Shown here in pieces: positions 1 to 9,346 of a stretch of DNA of 64,000 nt. Within the stretch, counting starts at the first letter, position 1, and every line of letters begins with the position of its first letter. The position numbers were made by a program, and so were the translations under genes. The DNA is taken from contig CAWFXA010000003.1 of NCBI GenBank assembly GCA_963819655.1, positions 960,001 to 1,024,000 of the forward strand, written 5' to 3'. Origin of the DNA: an uncultured Chloroflexia bacterium. Its GTDB lineage: Bacteria; Chloroflexota; Limnocylindria; Limnocylindrales; CSP1-4. The notes under the pieces were generated by a model. That model was not told the origin of the DNA. It worked only from the letters and a program-made list of their open reading frames with translations, and did no database searches.

Positions 1-294
1 GGCCCGCAGGGCTTCAAGTCGAGCGTGCCGCCGATCGTCGCGGCAACCTCGCCCGATCTGGCGGTCGTCCGCTTCCATGGCCGTCGAGCCGAAACCTGGG
101 AGAAGCAGGGCATCAAGACCGTCGAGCGGTTCCGCTATCTGTATGACGAGGACGAGCTCGAGGACTGGGTCCCGCGCGTCCGCGAGGCGGCCGGACAGAC
201 CAAGCAGACCCACGTCCTCTTCAATAACTGCTATGCGAACTACGGCGCGACCAATGCGCTGATGCTGGCGGAGCTGCTGCGCGACCTCGACTAA
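1..294 (+). CDS. DUF72 family protein, C-terminal part (truncated by window edge)
   Basis: Motifs VVRFHGR, RFRYLYDEDEL and HVLFNNCYANYG are typical of DUF72 C-termini; the frame is open from the window start. Confidence 0.85.
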   Translation, partial: GPQGFKSSVPPIVAATSPDLAVVRFHGRRAETWEKQGIKTVERFRYLYDEDELEDWVPRVREAAGQTKQTHVLFNNCYANYGATNALMLAELLRDLD

Positions 295-547
295 GCGCGC
301 TTTGAACACTGGCGAAACGCTGACGGTGGCCCAAATGGGCGATCCCGTTATGCATCTGCAATGTCCGAACCCATGGCTGGGATGCCGCCACAGCCCGGCG
401 CAGACTACGTTGCGCTCCGGCGACGTTCCTAGTCGGCCTCCCCGCGTGGACCGTCGACCTGAGCCCGGCCCCACAAACTGGGCCGGGCTCCTCCATGTCC
501 CGTGAGCTGCCCGGCTCCTCCCCTCGCGTCCGACCGCTCGGTGACGC

Positions 548-1016
548 TTACGAGCGTCCAGCCGGGACGCTGAACTCCTCCTGGGCCTGGGCCTTGCGGG
601 CGGCCATGCGCTCGCCGAGTTCCTCGAGCTCGTCGGCATCGAAGACAGAGCGGGCCTGCTTGAACATCTCGCCCTCCTCCTCTTCCATGTGGTGCTCGAC
701 GTTCTCCTTCATGACCTTGGCCTTCGCGCCCCACGACTCGTGGTCGACCGGTAGGCCCTCGAGCTCGGCCATCACGACGTCGACGACGTGGTGTTCCTCG
801 TACCCCTCCAGGACGATGTCCTCGGCCTTCGGGTGTTCCTTCAGGGCCGGGTAGAAGATCTCTTCCTCGATCGCCTCATGGACCAGCAGCTCGCCCTTGA
901 TGGTCGAGTAGAGCTCCTCGCGCGTCCTGATGCCACGTTCCGTCGTGCTCTCGAGCTCCTCCAGGAGCTTGCGCATCTTCTTGTGGTCGTTCTCGAGCAT
1001 GAGTCAGGGCATTCAT
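548..1016 (-). CDS. Hemerythrin/HHE cation-binding domain protein (true start probably 1016, one extra base near 1001)
   Basis: DH..., HEAIEEEIFYP, EEHHVVD and HHMEEEE motifs; upstream ATG-AAT-GCC-CTG-ACT (MNALT) with a GGAGAG RBS is one base out of frame with MLENDH. Confidence 0.85.
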
Positions 1017-1130
1017 CCGGGCTCTCCGATGACAGGGGTGGGTCGGTGAACCCGATTCCAGCAGGTGGCGCGTTGCGGGCAGGTGCTCCGGCCTGAGGGA
1101 CGTCCCGCAGACACGTTGCAGAGGCGCGGG

Positions 1131-1769
1131 TCAGGCCGAAGCGCTCTCCGTCGCGGGTGCCTGTCGCGCCCCGAGCATGGTGCCGATCCACGACACGACC
1201 AGGCAGAGGACGGCCCCGAACACGAGGATCGCGACGACATAGATCGCGACCGAGGCGTAGCCGCCGTTGGCCGGGTCGAGGAACGGATACGGGTACCAGC
1301 CGCTGGTCGCGCCGCGCACCAGCGTGTACGCCATCCACACCAGCGGGTACGTCAGCCAGCGCAGGCTGGTCGTGAACGGGATCGAGGTCCGCGGCGGGTC
1401 GATCAGCCAGTCGGCGATGACCGCGATCGGCATGACCTGGTGGACGACCGTGTTGACCCACGGTAATGCCGTGTCGACGTCGGTGTTGCTCAGGAGAAGC
1501 GCATAGACCACGAACGTGACGGTCATGTAGACGACCGAGGCCCCGCGGACCAGTTCCCAGACCGGCGTCGGGGAGGTCCGCCACCAGGCCACGCCGATGA
1601 GGAACACCGCCACCGCGATCAGGTTGCTCTGGATGGTGAAGTAGCTGAAGAAGTTCTGGGCGACCAACGTGCCCCTGGCGTGCAGGTCAGTTGCCTGCGC
1701 CGCGATGGCGACGATCGTCAGGACGGCGAACCCGAGGCGGTACGTGTTGATCAACGTGCGCCGGTCCAT
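1131..1769 (-). CDS. Pr6Pr family integral membrane protein
   Basis: NFFSYFTIQSN and GWYPYPFLDP motifs with several TM helices; ATG 1769 is preceded by a TAGAGT -10-like box. Confidence 0.85.
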   Translation of the reverse strand: MDRRTLINTYRLGFAVLTIVAIAAQATDLHARGTLVAQNFFSYFTIQSNLIAVAVFLIGVAWWRTSPTPVWELVRGASVVYMTVTFVVYALLLSNTDVDTALPWVNTVVHQVMPIAVIADWLIDPPRTSIPFTTSLRWLTYPLVWMAYTLVRGATSGWYPYPFLDPANGGYASVAIYVVAILVFGAVLCLVVSWIGTMLGARQAPATESASA

Positions 1770-1802
1770 CGGTCGCGACTCTAGCACCCTAGGATGGGCG
1801 CC

Positions 1803-2678
1803 ATGGACTACGGCCTGTGCGTTCCGAACTTCCGCGACGGAGCCTCACGGGAAGGGATGGAAGCGGCAGCCGAGGTGGCCGAACGCCTGGGCTGGTCGAC
1901 GGTCTGGACGACGGATCACGTCCTGGTCCCGACCGAAGACGCGGCCGACTACGGTCGGATCTACGAGGCGATCCTCAGCGTGGCCTGGATCGGCGCCCGG
2001 TTCGCGAAGGTGCGCCTCGGGACGAGTGTGATCGTCGTCCCACAACGGAACGCCGTGCTGCTCGCAAAGGAGCTCGCCACGCTCGACGACCTGACCGACG
2101 GACGGGTCGTCGCCGGCGTGGGCATCGGCTGGAACGAGACCGAGTTCGCGAACCTCGGGATGGCCGATCGGTTCCGCGTGCGGGGTGCCTACCTCGACGA
2201 GACGATCGCGCTGTGGCGTCACCTCTGGTCGGGATCGACCGAGCCGTTCCATGGCCGGTTCCACGCGTTCGAGGATTTTGCCTTCGCTCCCCTGCCCCGC
2301 CAGGGCGCCGCGCTCCCCATCGTCGTGGGCGGGCGCGCCGAGCCGGCCTTGAAGCGCGCCGGACGGCTGGGTGACGGCTACCAGTCGAGCGCGTCAAGCG
2401 CGGCCAAGTACGCCGATCGGGTCCCGATCATCCGAGCCGCGGCCGAAGCCGCCGGCCGGCCGATGCCGTGGCTGATTGTCCGGGCATGGACGGAGTTCGG
2501 CCCTGCGACCGCGCGGCACTACGCGATCCGCGGCACGCCGGACGAGATGGCTACGGAGGTCCGGGCGTTCGAGACGCTCGGCGTCGAGCACGTCGCGCTG
2601 TGGTTCGACGCGACCGACCCGACCGAGCTCGTCTCGCTCGTCGAGCGGTTCGACCGCGAGGTCGCACCGCTGGTCTGA
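1803..2678 (+). CDS. LLM class (probably F420-dependent) oxidoreductase
   Basis: VWTTDHVL, GTSVIVVPQRN, LAKELATLD and GVGIGWNETEF luciferase-like motifs. Confidence 0.85.
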   Translation: MDYGLCVPNFRDGASREGMEAAAEVAERLGWSTVWTTDHVLVPTEDAADYGRIYEAILSVAWIGARFAKVRLGTSVIVVPQRNAVLLAKELATLDDLTDGRVVAGVGIGWNETEFANLGMADRFRVRGAYLDETIALWRHLWSGSTEPFHGRFHAFEDFAFAPLPRQGAALPIVVGGRAEPALKRAGRLGDGYQSSASSAAKYADRVPIIRAAAEAAGRPMPWLIVRAWTEFGPATARHYAIRGTPDEMATEVRAFETLGVEHVALWFDATDPTELVSLVERFDREVAPLV

Positions 2679-2734
2679 CTGGGCCGCTGTCCGACGGAAC
2701 GACACGCCCGGGCGCGTGCCATCGTCTTGTCGTC

Positions 2735-3724
2735 GTGACACGGATCCTCGCCCTCTACCCGGCCGCTGTCGCGGCGCTCCTGATCGTGCTGCCGATCCTG
2801 CAGCCCCGGACCGGTCCGCTGGCACTCGCCAACATCCTGTCGGTCCACCTCGCGCTGGCGGCCATCGTGCTCGTCCCGGTCGCCATCGCACGGCGCGGCG
2901 TTGCGCTGCGGTCGAGCCTGGCCATCCTCGGCGCCGTCGCAGTCCTGAGGTTCGGCGGCGAGTGGTTCTCGCTGCCGCCGTCAGCCGACACGTCCGACGA
3001 CCTGTTCTTCGCATCGAGCTGGAACCTGGAGCTCGGCGCTCGCAGTGGCGCGGGCGCGGTCGATGGCATCTCGACGCTGGACAGCGATGTCGTGGCGCTC
3101 CAGGAGCTCGGACCCGACCACGTGCGTGCGATCACCGGGTCGGCGGCTCTGACCGGGCGATTCCCGGCACGGGCGCTCTACCCCGATCCGGGTGTCTTCG
3201 GGATGGGGTTGCTCTCCCGGTGGCCGATCGTCCGGGCGGAACTCGACAGCGACCCGTCGCTCATCGAGGCCGTGATCGACGCCGGAGGTCGGCAGATCAC
3301 GGTGATCACCGCCCATCCGTTGGCCGGCCGGATCTCGATGGTCGGCCCGGTGCCGATCGCGCTGGGATCGGAGAACCGGGATCGGGCGCTCGAGCGCATC
3401 CGCGCACGGATCGATGCGGCGATCGCACGCGGGGAGACGGTCGTGGTGCTCGGCGACTTCAACGTCGCGCCGACCGAGCCGGCGTTCGCCGACCTGGTCG
3501 TTGGACTACGGGACGCGCACGGCGAGGTCGGCCAGGGCCCGGGCTGGACGTGGCGCCCGAGCCGGCTCGAGTCGCTGGGCATCGGCTTGCTGCGCATCGA
3601 CCTCGCCATCGGCAGCCCGGACCTCGCCCCGGTCTCGGTGGTCGAGCACTGCGGTCGCACCGGCGACCACTGCATCCTCGAGGCTCACTTCTCGCTCTCG
3701 TCGATCGGCCCGTCGGCCGACTGA
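2735..3724 (+). CDS. Membrane-anchored endonuclease/exonuclease/phosphatase (EEP) family protein
   Basis: SWNL, ALQE, GDFN, RID and GDH motifs with N-terminal TM segments; start trimmed to GTG 2735. Confidence 0.8.
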   Translation: MTRILALYPAAVAALLIVLPILQPRTGPLALANILSVHLALAAIVLVPVAIARRGVALRSSLAILGAVAVLRFGGEWFSLPPSADTSDDLFFASSWNLELGARSGAGAVDGISTLDSDVVALQELGPDHVRAITGSAALTGRFPARALYPDPGVFGMGLLSRWPIVRAELDSDPSLIEAVIDAGGRQITVITAHPLAGRISMVGPVPIALGSENRDRALERIRARIDAAIARGETVVVLGDFNVAPTEPAFADLVVGLRDAHGEVGQGPGWTWRPSRLESLGIGLLRIDLAIGSPDLAPVSVVEHCGRTGDHCILEAHFSLSSIGPSAD

Positions 3725-4600
3725 TCAGGTCAGTTTCGAGAACAGCGTGAGCTGGAGATCGGCAGGGGCGGTCAGGCGGACGTTGCGATCGCCCCAGGGC
3801 GTGTCGACCGGACCCGACCCCAGCAGCACGGCGCCGTTCGCGCGCATGCGCTCGGCCAGGCCGGCCGAGTCGTCGACCTCGAGTGCCAGACGGATCTGCC
3901 CGGCGACGCGCCGCCCGACTTCGACCGTGTCGATGTACCCGGCCTGCGCCTCGTCGATGAGCTCGAGCGTCGCCCGACCGCCGTCGAGCACCACGACCTT
4001 GCCATCCGCGGACGACCAATCCGCGATCTGCGGGAGTCCGGCGACGTCCCGGTAGAAGGCCACGGCGGCATCGTGGTCGGCGGTGGTCACCGCGACCCGC
4101 AACTCGTGGATCGGGCGGACTTGCGATTCCCACGGATGACCGCCGGCGCGCCACGCATCGAACGGCGCGGCCGCTCCGTCGGTCTCGACGTACTCGAGCT
4201 CGACGAGTGCCCCGTCGACCTCGTCGAGTCGCCCCGCCATGGCCTCGGAGAAGCCGAAACCGCCGGCGGCGGCCTGTTCCCTGGTGGCCGCGAAGACGAT
4301 CCGTTCGATCCCGGTCATCCCCGCGACTGCCTGACACATCGGACAGGGATGGCAGCTCGACACGACGATCGTGTCCGACAGGTCGAACGTCCCCAGACGG
4401 CGGCACGCCGCCCGGATCGCCTCGACCTCCCCGTGCGCCGCCGGATCCGCATCGCGTCGGCAGGTGTTGACTCCGGTGGCGATGACCTCGCCCGCACCGC
4501 GGTCGGCCACGACCAGACCGGCGAACGGGAACTGGCCGGCGGCGACGTTGTCGGTCGCGAGGCGGACGGCGGTCCGCAGGTGCTCATCGATCGTCGTCAT
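3725..4600 (-). CDS. Nucleoside/guanine deaminase-like domain fused to a VOC (glyoxalase/bleomycin resistance) domain
   Basis: DPAAHGEVEAIR...SSCHPCPMC zinc deaminase motif, then ELRVAV...FYRDVAGL...TPWGDRNVRL VOC motif; ATG 4600 overlaps the upstream stop (ATGA). Confidence 0.8.
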   Translation of the reverse strand: MTTIDEHLRTAVRLATDNVAAGQFPFAGLVVADRGAGEVIATGVNTCRRDADPAAHGEVEAIRAACRRLGTFDLSDTIVVSSCHPCPMCQAVAGMTGIERIVFAATREQAAAGGFGFSEAMAGRLDEVDGALVELEYVETDGAAAPFDAWRAGGHPWESQVRPIHELRVAVTTADHDAAVAFYRDVAGLPQIADWSSADGKVVVLDGGRATLELIDEAQAGYIDTVEVGRRVAGQIRLALEVDDSAGLAERMRANGAVLLGSGPVDTPWGDRNVRLTAPADLQLTLFSKLT

Positions 4601-5724
4601 CGCCTGTCGCTCCTCCAGCGCTGATACCTCGAATAGACCCGCGGCTCGTGGGGCTCGACGAACCGCGCGAGTCGGTCGCCGAGAGCTTCGAGCGCCCGGC
4701 GATCGTCGCGGCTCAAGCGCCGGAACGGCTCGAGCTCGATGCGTGTGGATTCGCCGTCGGCGACCGCCCACCAGCGGCCGGCGACGACGCCGTCGACCAG
4801 CATGACCGGCAGCGTATCGCCGTTGCGCTCGATGATCCGCGTTCGGTCGGCGTCGCTGATGATCCGCGTCCGATCGGCGAAGGCGAGGACCGTGCTGTCC
4901 CACATCGCCAACAGACGCGGCGGCGCAGGGACGTCCTCGTCGGGCAGTGGGGCGCCGACCAGATCGACCAGCGCACGACCGGAATCGGAGCGGTAGCGAC
5001 GCAGGTCGCCGGCCGCCTCGATCGCCTCGACGCCGGATCGCACGCCCGCGACGGCGAGCCCCGACCACTGTGCGATGTCGGCCAATGAGGCCGGCCCGAA
5101 CGCCGCGAGGTAGCGCCGGACGAGATGCTCGATCGCGGCCGCCTCGTCGGCCCAGACCCCGCTCGGCAGCCAGGCGTCGGCGTGGGCCAGAAGCGGCCGA
5201 CGGCCGAACGACCACGGGACGTTCGCCGGGGCATGCGCCAGCGGGAGCCGGCGGCGCAGCCACCACACGATCTCGTCGGCGGGCAACCCGTCGACGTCGC
5301 CGACGTGGTCACGCAGCTCGGTCAGGCTGCGCGGCTCCGCCGCAAAGGACGTGACGCGTGTCCGCAGAGCGGCCATTCGCCGGGCGGATGGCGGCCCGAG
5401 TCCCCGCCGGCGACGCTGCGCCTCGAGGGCCGGGAGCAGCGCCGGCCAGAAGGCTCGATAGTCGGCCGCCGAGACGAGGTGCAGCGTCACCCGCATGAGC
5501 GTGCCCTTGACGACGTCCCGTGCCGCGATCGCCGCGTCCAGGTCGGCGGCCTCGAACCGCGCCAGCCGCGCCCACAGCCCGATGTACGGCGACGCGGGCT
5601 CCTGCGCTTGCAGGCCCGCGATGCGCTCGACCGCTTCGACCACACCGACATCCGCCGGTTCGAGCAGGAGCTGCCGCGCGAGCGTCGCCCGGCCCAGGCG
5701 GCGCGCGCTGAGGACCTCGGTCAT
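4597..5724 (-). CDS. AlkZ/YcaQ (HTH_42) family winged-helix DNA glycosylase
   Basis: RATLARQLLL, GLQAQEP (QxQ catalytic motif), MRVTLHLV and RRYLAAFGPAS..D...WSG. Confidence 0.85.
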   Translation of the reverse strand: MTEVLSARRLGRATLARQLLLEPADVGVVEAVERIAGLQAQEPASPYIGLWARLARFEAADLDAAIAARDVVKGTLMRVTLHLVSAADYRAFWPALLPALEAQRRRRGLGPPSARRMAALRTRVTSFAAEPRSLTELRDHVGDVDGLPADEIVWWLRRRLPLAHAPANVPWSFGRRPLLAHADAWLPSGVWADEAAAIEHLVRRYLAAFGPASLADIAQWSGLAVAGVRSGVEAIEAAGDLRRYRSDSGRALVDLVGAPLPDEDVPAPPRLLAMWDSTVLAFADRTRIISDADRTRIIERNGDTLPVMLVDGVVAGRWWAVADGESTRIELEPFRRLSRDDRRALEALGDRLARFVEPHEPRVYSRYQRWRSDRR

Positions 5725-6953
5725 CCAGGCGGTAGCGTGCCCGCACGGAACGTGGCGATGAGCTCGGTGTAGTCGGGCAGGCCCCGCTCATACCCGATGG
5801 CCCAGAACCCGGCACCGGCGAGACCGCGCTGGTCGGCCAGGCGAAGTTTCGGGGCAAGACTCCGGGGAGAGTCGTAGTAGACCGCGTTCCAGGCGATCGG
5901 CTCGGCGCTGGCGCTCGCCCCCGCAGCTGGAGCCGCTCCCGACGGCGGGGCGGTCCCGAATGCGCTCGGCACCGTATAGAACTCGACGCTCTCGGTCGGT
6001 TCGAAGGTCGGCGCGAACGCCGGGTCGGCGAAGACCTCGAGGTTGTGGCGCGGCACCCAGGCGTCGCCGCGGCCGCTCGACTGGGCGAGGAAGCCCGGAG
6101 CGGTGACCGGCCACGTCACGCCGTACAGCGGCAGACCGAGGATCAGCCGGTCGGTGGGCACGCCGAGCGTTCCATACAGATCGAGCGACCAGGTGATGTC
6201 CTTGACCTCCCCGTCGATCCGATCGATCGGTGCGGACGCGCCCGGTTCCGACCCGGCCCAGCGATAGTCGTAGGCCATCAGGAAGATCCGGTCGGCGCCG
6301 GCCACACCGGCCGCCGCCGCCATCGCAGCACCGACCTCGTTCGCCTGCGTCGCGACCGATACCTGCGCCTCCGGCCGGCGCTCCCGCAACGCCGTCCGTA
6401 ACCGACCCACGAAGGCGCCGTAATCGGCGACCAGCTCGATCGGCAGCGCCTCGACATCGACGTTGACGCCATCGAGGTCGAGCTCCTCGACCAGGCCGAT
6501 GATCTCGTCGAGCCAGCGCTCCTGCGCCTTCGGGTCGCCATAGAACGAGCGGTTCTTCGTCCCGCCAAAGCTCGTATAGACGATCTCGACACGCGCACCG
6601 CGTTGCTTCGCGGCGCGGATCATCGCCCGGCCGACCTCGCCGCGGATGCGCTTCAGTCCCGTCTGGTTGTCGAGCGTGCCGTTGCGCTTGTGGGTGACGG
6701 AGAACAGGGCGAGGGTCGTCAGGTCGGTCCGCCCGATGTGGTCGGCGATGGATCCGTCCATCTCCCAGTACGGGACGTAGCCGTACACCTCGTGCTTCGG
6801 CTCGGGGATGATCGTCGGACGCGGCGTCGGACCATTCGCTGCCGGGCTGCCCGATCCGGCAGACTGGCCGCTCGAGGTCGGGCCGCTCGGCGGCACGCCA
6901 CCGCAGCCGAGCACGAGCGCGGCGATCAGGGCGCTGGCGATCGACTGCCTCAC
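5721..6953 (-). CDS. Glycoside hydrolase family 18 lipoprotein
   Basis: Lipobox LVLGC; DGVNVDVE catalytic motif; MAYDY, LGLPLYG, YYDSP and GAGFWAIG. Confidence 0.8.
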   Translation of the reverse strand: MRQSIASALIAALVLGCGGVPPSGPTSSGQSAGSGSPAANGPTPRPTIIPEPKHEVYGYVPYWEMDGSIADHIGRTDLTTLALFSVTHKRNGTLDNQTGLKRIRGEVGRAMIRAAKQRGARVEIVYTSFGGTKNRSFYGDPKAQERWLDEIIGLVEELDLDGVNVDVEALPIELVADYGAFVGRLRTALRERRPEAQVSVATQANEVGAAMAAAAGVAGADRIFLMAYDYRWAGSEPGASAPIDRIDGEVKDITWSLDLYGTLGVPTDRLILGLPLYGVTWPVTAPGFLAQSSGRGDAWVPRHNLEVFADPAFAPTFEPTESVEFYTVPSAFGTAPPSGAAPAAGASASAEPIAWNAVYYDSPRSLAPKLRLADQRGLAGAGFWAIGYERGLPDYTELIATFRAGTLPPG

Positions 6954-6978
6954 GACCTCGTCACGACCACGGCGGCCG

Positions 6979-7857
6979 TCATGTCGCAGCCTTGATCGGG
7001 AGGACGAGCAGGAAGCCCGGCGGGACCCCGAGGTCCACGCGCCCGCGATCGCGGATCACATATTGCTTGGCGAGGGTGTCGAGGGTCACGAGGCTGTTCG
7101 GCCGCGGGCTCCTGCCCCACACCGAGCTGCCGTGCGGGTACAGCGGGTCGTGCACGCGCACGCGCTTGACAGCGAAGTCGTCGGATCTGCGTGGGTCAGC
7201 CGTCGATTCGAAGCCGCTCATGACCCAGGCATGCCGGCCGCGCCACATCACGAGGCCGACCGGACGCTTCGTGTCGCGGAGCGCTGTGGCCGCCACGGAG
7301 ATCGCCTCGTCGAACGTCGGGAGACTCACGAGCTGATACGGCCCGATGCCGAGATCGTTGAGCGCCGCCGTCCAGCCGCGCGGGTTCGCGCCGCCGAACG
7401 GGCTGGACGACAGGTCGCGCGCCATCCTCCACAGCCGTTGCTGGTCAGTCTTCGTCGTGTGCTCCCGGTCGGTCGCCATGTTGAGCGCCATCTGGAGGCT
7501 CGCGCCGACGCACCACTCGAAGGTGTACTGCGCGACGAAGTCGGTGCGGTGGGCGAGGTTCATCGAGAACGGCTCGGTGGCCGGTCCGTCGCTCGGTGGC
7601 GCCTCGGCGGCGGGCTCCTGCGACGGCATCGCGTCCGAGGGACGGCCGGACGGAGTCGAGGCCGGACCTGCGGCGAGCGGCGGGGCGCTGGCCGACGGGG
7701 CTGTTGCAACGCTCGGATCGGGGGATGTCGCCGCGATGGTCGCTGCGGGCGTCTGGCTGGCGCGCTCGTCAGCAGGCGTACACGCCGCCGCCACCACGGC
7801 GAGAACGCCGAGGAGCGCGAGGCAGGCGTGGAGGCGCTTGCGCGCGGCGATGCTCAT
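6979..7857 (-). CDS. Secreted lipoprotein with a C39/papain-like peptidase domain
   Basis: Lipobox VAAAC, Pro/Ala linker, QYTFEWCVGAS (Q..C), GRHAWVMSG (H) and VHDP (D). Confidence 0.6.
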   Translation of the reverse strand: MSIAARKRLHACLALLGVLAVVAAACTPADERASQTPAATIAATSPDPSVATAPSASAPPLAAGPASTPSGRPSDAMPSQEPAAEAPPSDGPATEPFSMNLAHRTDFVAQYTFEWCVGASLQMALNMATDREHTTKTDQQRLWRMARDLSSSPFGGANPRGWTAALNDLGIGPYQLVSLPTFDEAISVAATALRDTKRPVGLVMWRGRHAWVMSGFESTADPRRSDDFAVKRVRVHDPLYPHGSSVWGRSPRPNSLVTLDTLAKQYVIRDRGRVDLGVPPGFLLVLPIKAAT

Positions 7858-8037
7858 GGCGGTGCCCGGAGTATGCCCGGAACGGCCGAAAGGGGGCCTC
7901 GACGCGGTCGTCGGCGGGTTCGCGGAGACGCGTATCCCCGGCGGATCACGAACTTTGAAGGGCGCACCTCGTCCGCTCCTCATACTCGGCGAACGACAAC
8001 ACCACCCAACGACCGACCGCAGGAGCAGGCACGCGAG

Positions 8038-8604
8038 TTGCAGCGAGATCTGGTGGAACGAGCCGCGCGCGGCGACCAGGAGGCATTCGAGGCCCTGGTG
8101 CGCATGTCCGCGAACCGCCTCTTCGCGATCGCATACCGGATCCTGCGCGACCACCATCGAGCGGAGGACGCGGTGCAGCAGACCCTCGTCGCGATCTGGG
8201 ATGAGCTGCCACGCCTTCGGGACCCGGATCGGTTCGAGGCATGGTCGTATCGGGTCGTCACCCGGAACAGCGTGGCGCTCGCGAAGCGCGAGGGCCGTGG
8301 TCCGGGAGGCGGGGCGATCGTCCAGCTGCTCCCCGATGACGCCGACCTGTCCCGGGCGCCCGACGACATCGGCTCGGTGGCCGACCGCGACGAGATCGAG
8401 CGTGGGTTTCGACGCCTCAAGCCCGATCAGCGCGCGATCCTGACCCTGCACCACGTGGCGGGCCTGTCCTCTCCCGAGATCGCCGATGTCCTCGGCATCC
8501 CGGTCGGGACCGCCGGCTCGCGGCTCCACTACGCGACACAGGCCTTCCGCGCGGCACTCGAGGCCGACGCGCGTCTCGAGGGGACGAGGGAGCGATCTGC
8601 ATGA
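8038..8604 (+). CDS. ECF RNA polymerase sigma-70 factor
   Basis: Region 2 AEDAVQQT..W..LRDPDRFEAW; region 4 EIADVLGIPVGTAGSRLHY; TTG start after GGAG. Confidence 0.85.
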   Translation: MQRDLVERAARGDQEAFEALVRMSANRLFAIAYRILRDHHRAEDAVQQTLVAIWDELPRLRDPDRFEAWSYRVVTRNSVALAKREGRGPGGGAIVQLLPDDADLSRAPDDIGSVADRDEIERGFRRLKPDQRAILTLHHVAGLSSPEIADVLGIPVGTAGSRLHYATQAFRAALEADARLEGTRERSA

Positions 8605-9302
8605 CGATCCACGACGACACCGACCGCCGCATCGCCGCCTGGTTCGGCGACGAGCACGCCCGCGCACCGGAACGGACGATCGAGGCGGCCCTTGCCCACG
8701 CCCGCTCCCACCCGCGCCGTCGCGACCCGTTCGCTCCACTCCGCCGCGATCCGATGTCCGGCGGGGCGCTCCGGGGCGGACTGTTCGCGCCCGTCCCGCT
8801 CGTCGCGGCCATCGGGCTCGTCGTCGTGGCGGTGCTTGGTGCGGCCGTCGCCGGCGGGTTCCTCGATCGACCCGCGCCGGTGGTTCCCGTGCCGTCGGTC
8901 GGGATACCGTCGGCCGAACCGACTCCCGTGCCCACGCCGGTCGTGTTCCACGTCGACCTCGTCGAGGTCGTCGGCGACGACGCGTCGATCGATATCACGG
9001 ACGCCTCAGGGTCGATCGGCTCGGCCGAATCGGGCCAGCCCCGCGACGGCGGTTCGGTCCCGGACGGGGTCGATGTCGCCGCGGATCCGGCGGATCCGGC
9101 GGTCGCTGTGCTGACGTGGACGGGAACCCCGTGCGACACGACCCACACGCTGGCGATCGAGGCGGACGGCCGCACGATGACGCTCTCACGTCCGAGCTGC
9201 TCGGGAGACGCGATCGCGCGCGATCTCCAGGTGCGACTGACATATCGCGAGCCGATCGATGTGGGCACGATCTCGGCCTCGCTCGTGACCGGTCAGGGCT
9301 GA
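8601..9302 (+). CDS. Putative anti-sigma factor, single-TM protein with an extracellular domain
   Basis: ATGA overlap with the sigma stop; short cytoplasmic N-terminus, one TM helix, Pro linker, domain with two Cys. Confidence 0.6.
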   Translation: MTIHDDTDRRIAAWFGDEHARAPERTIEAALAHARSHPRRRDPFAPLRRDPMSGGALRGGLFAPVPLVAAIGLVVVAVLGAAVAGGFLDRPAPVVPVPSVGIPSAEPTPVPTPVVFHVDLVEVVGDDASIDITDASGSIGSAESGQPRDGGSVPDGVDVAADPADPAVAVLTWTGTPCDTTHTLAIEADGRTMTLSRPSCSGDAIARDLQVRLTYREPIDVGTISASLVTGQG

Positions 9303-9346
9303 CACACGCTCGCAACGCCGAGCCCGGGACGGCCTCCCGCGGCGAC

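Noticed and set aside
302-432. Small ORF or inverted-repeat element after the DUF72 gene
   Set aside because: The ORF has atypical composition and the end complementarity is too weak; no second copy is in the window
6808-8037. Long N-terminal extension of the ECF sigma given by the ORF track
   Set aside because: It overlaps the opposite-strand peptidase gene; sigma homology begins near 8038
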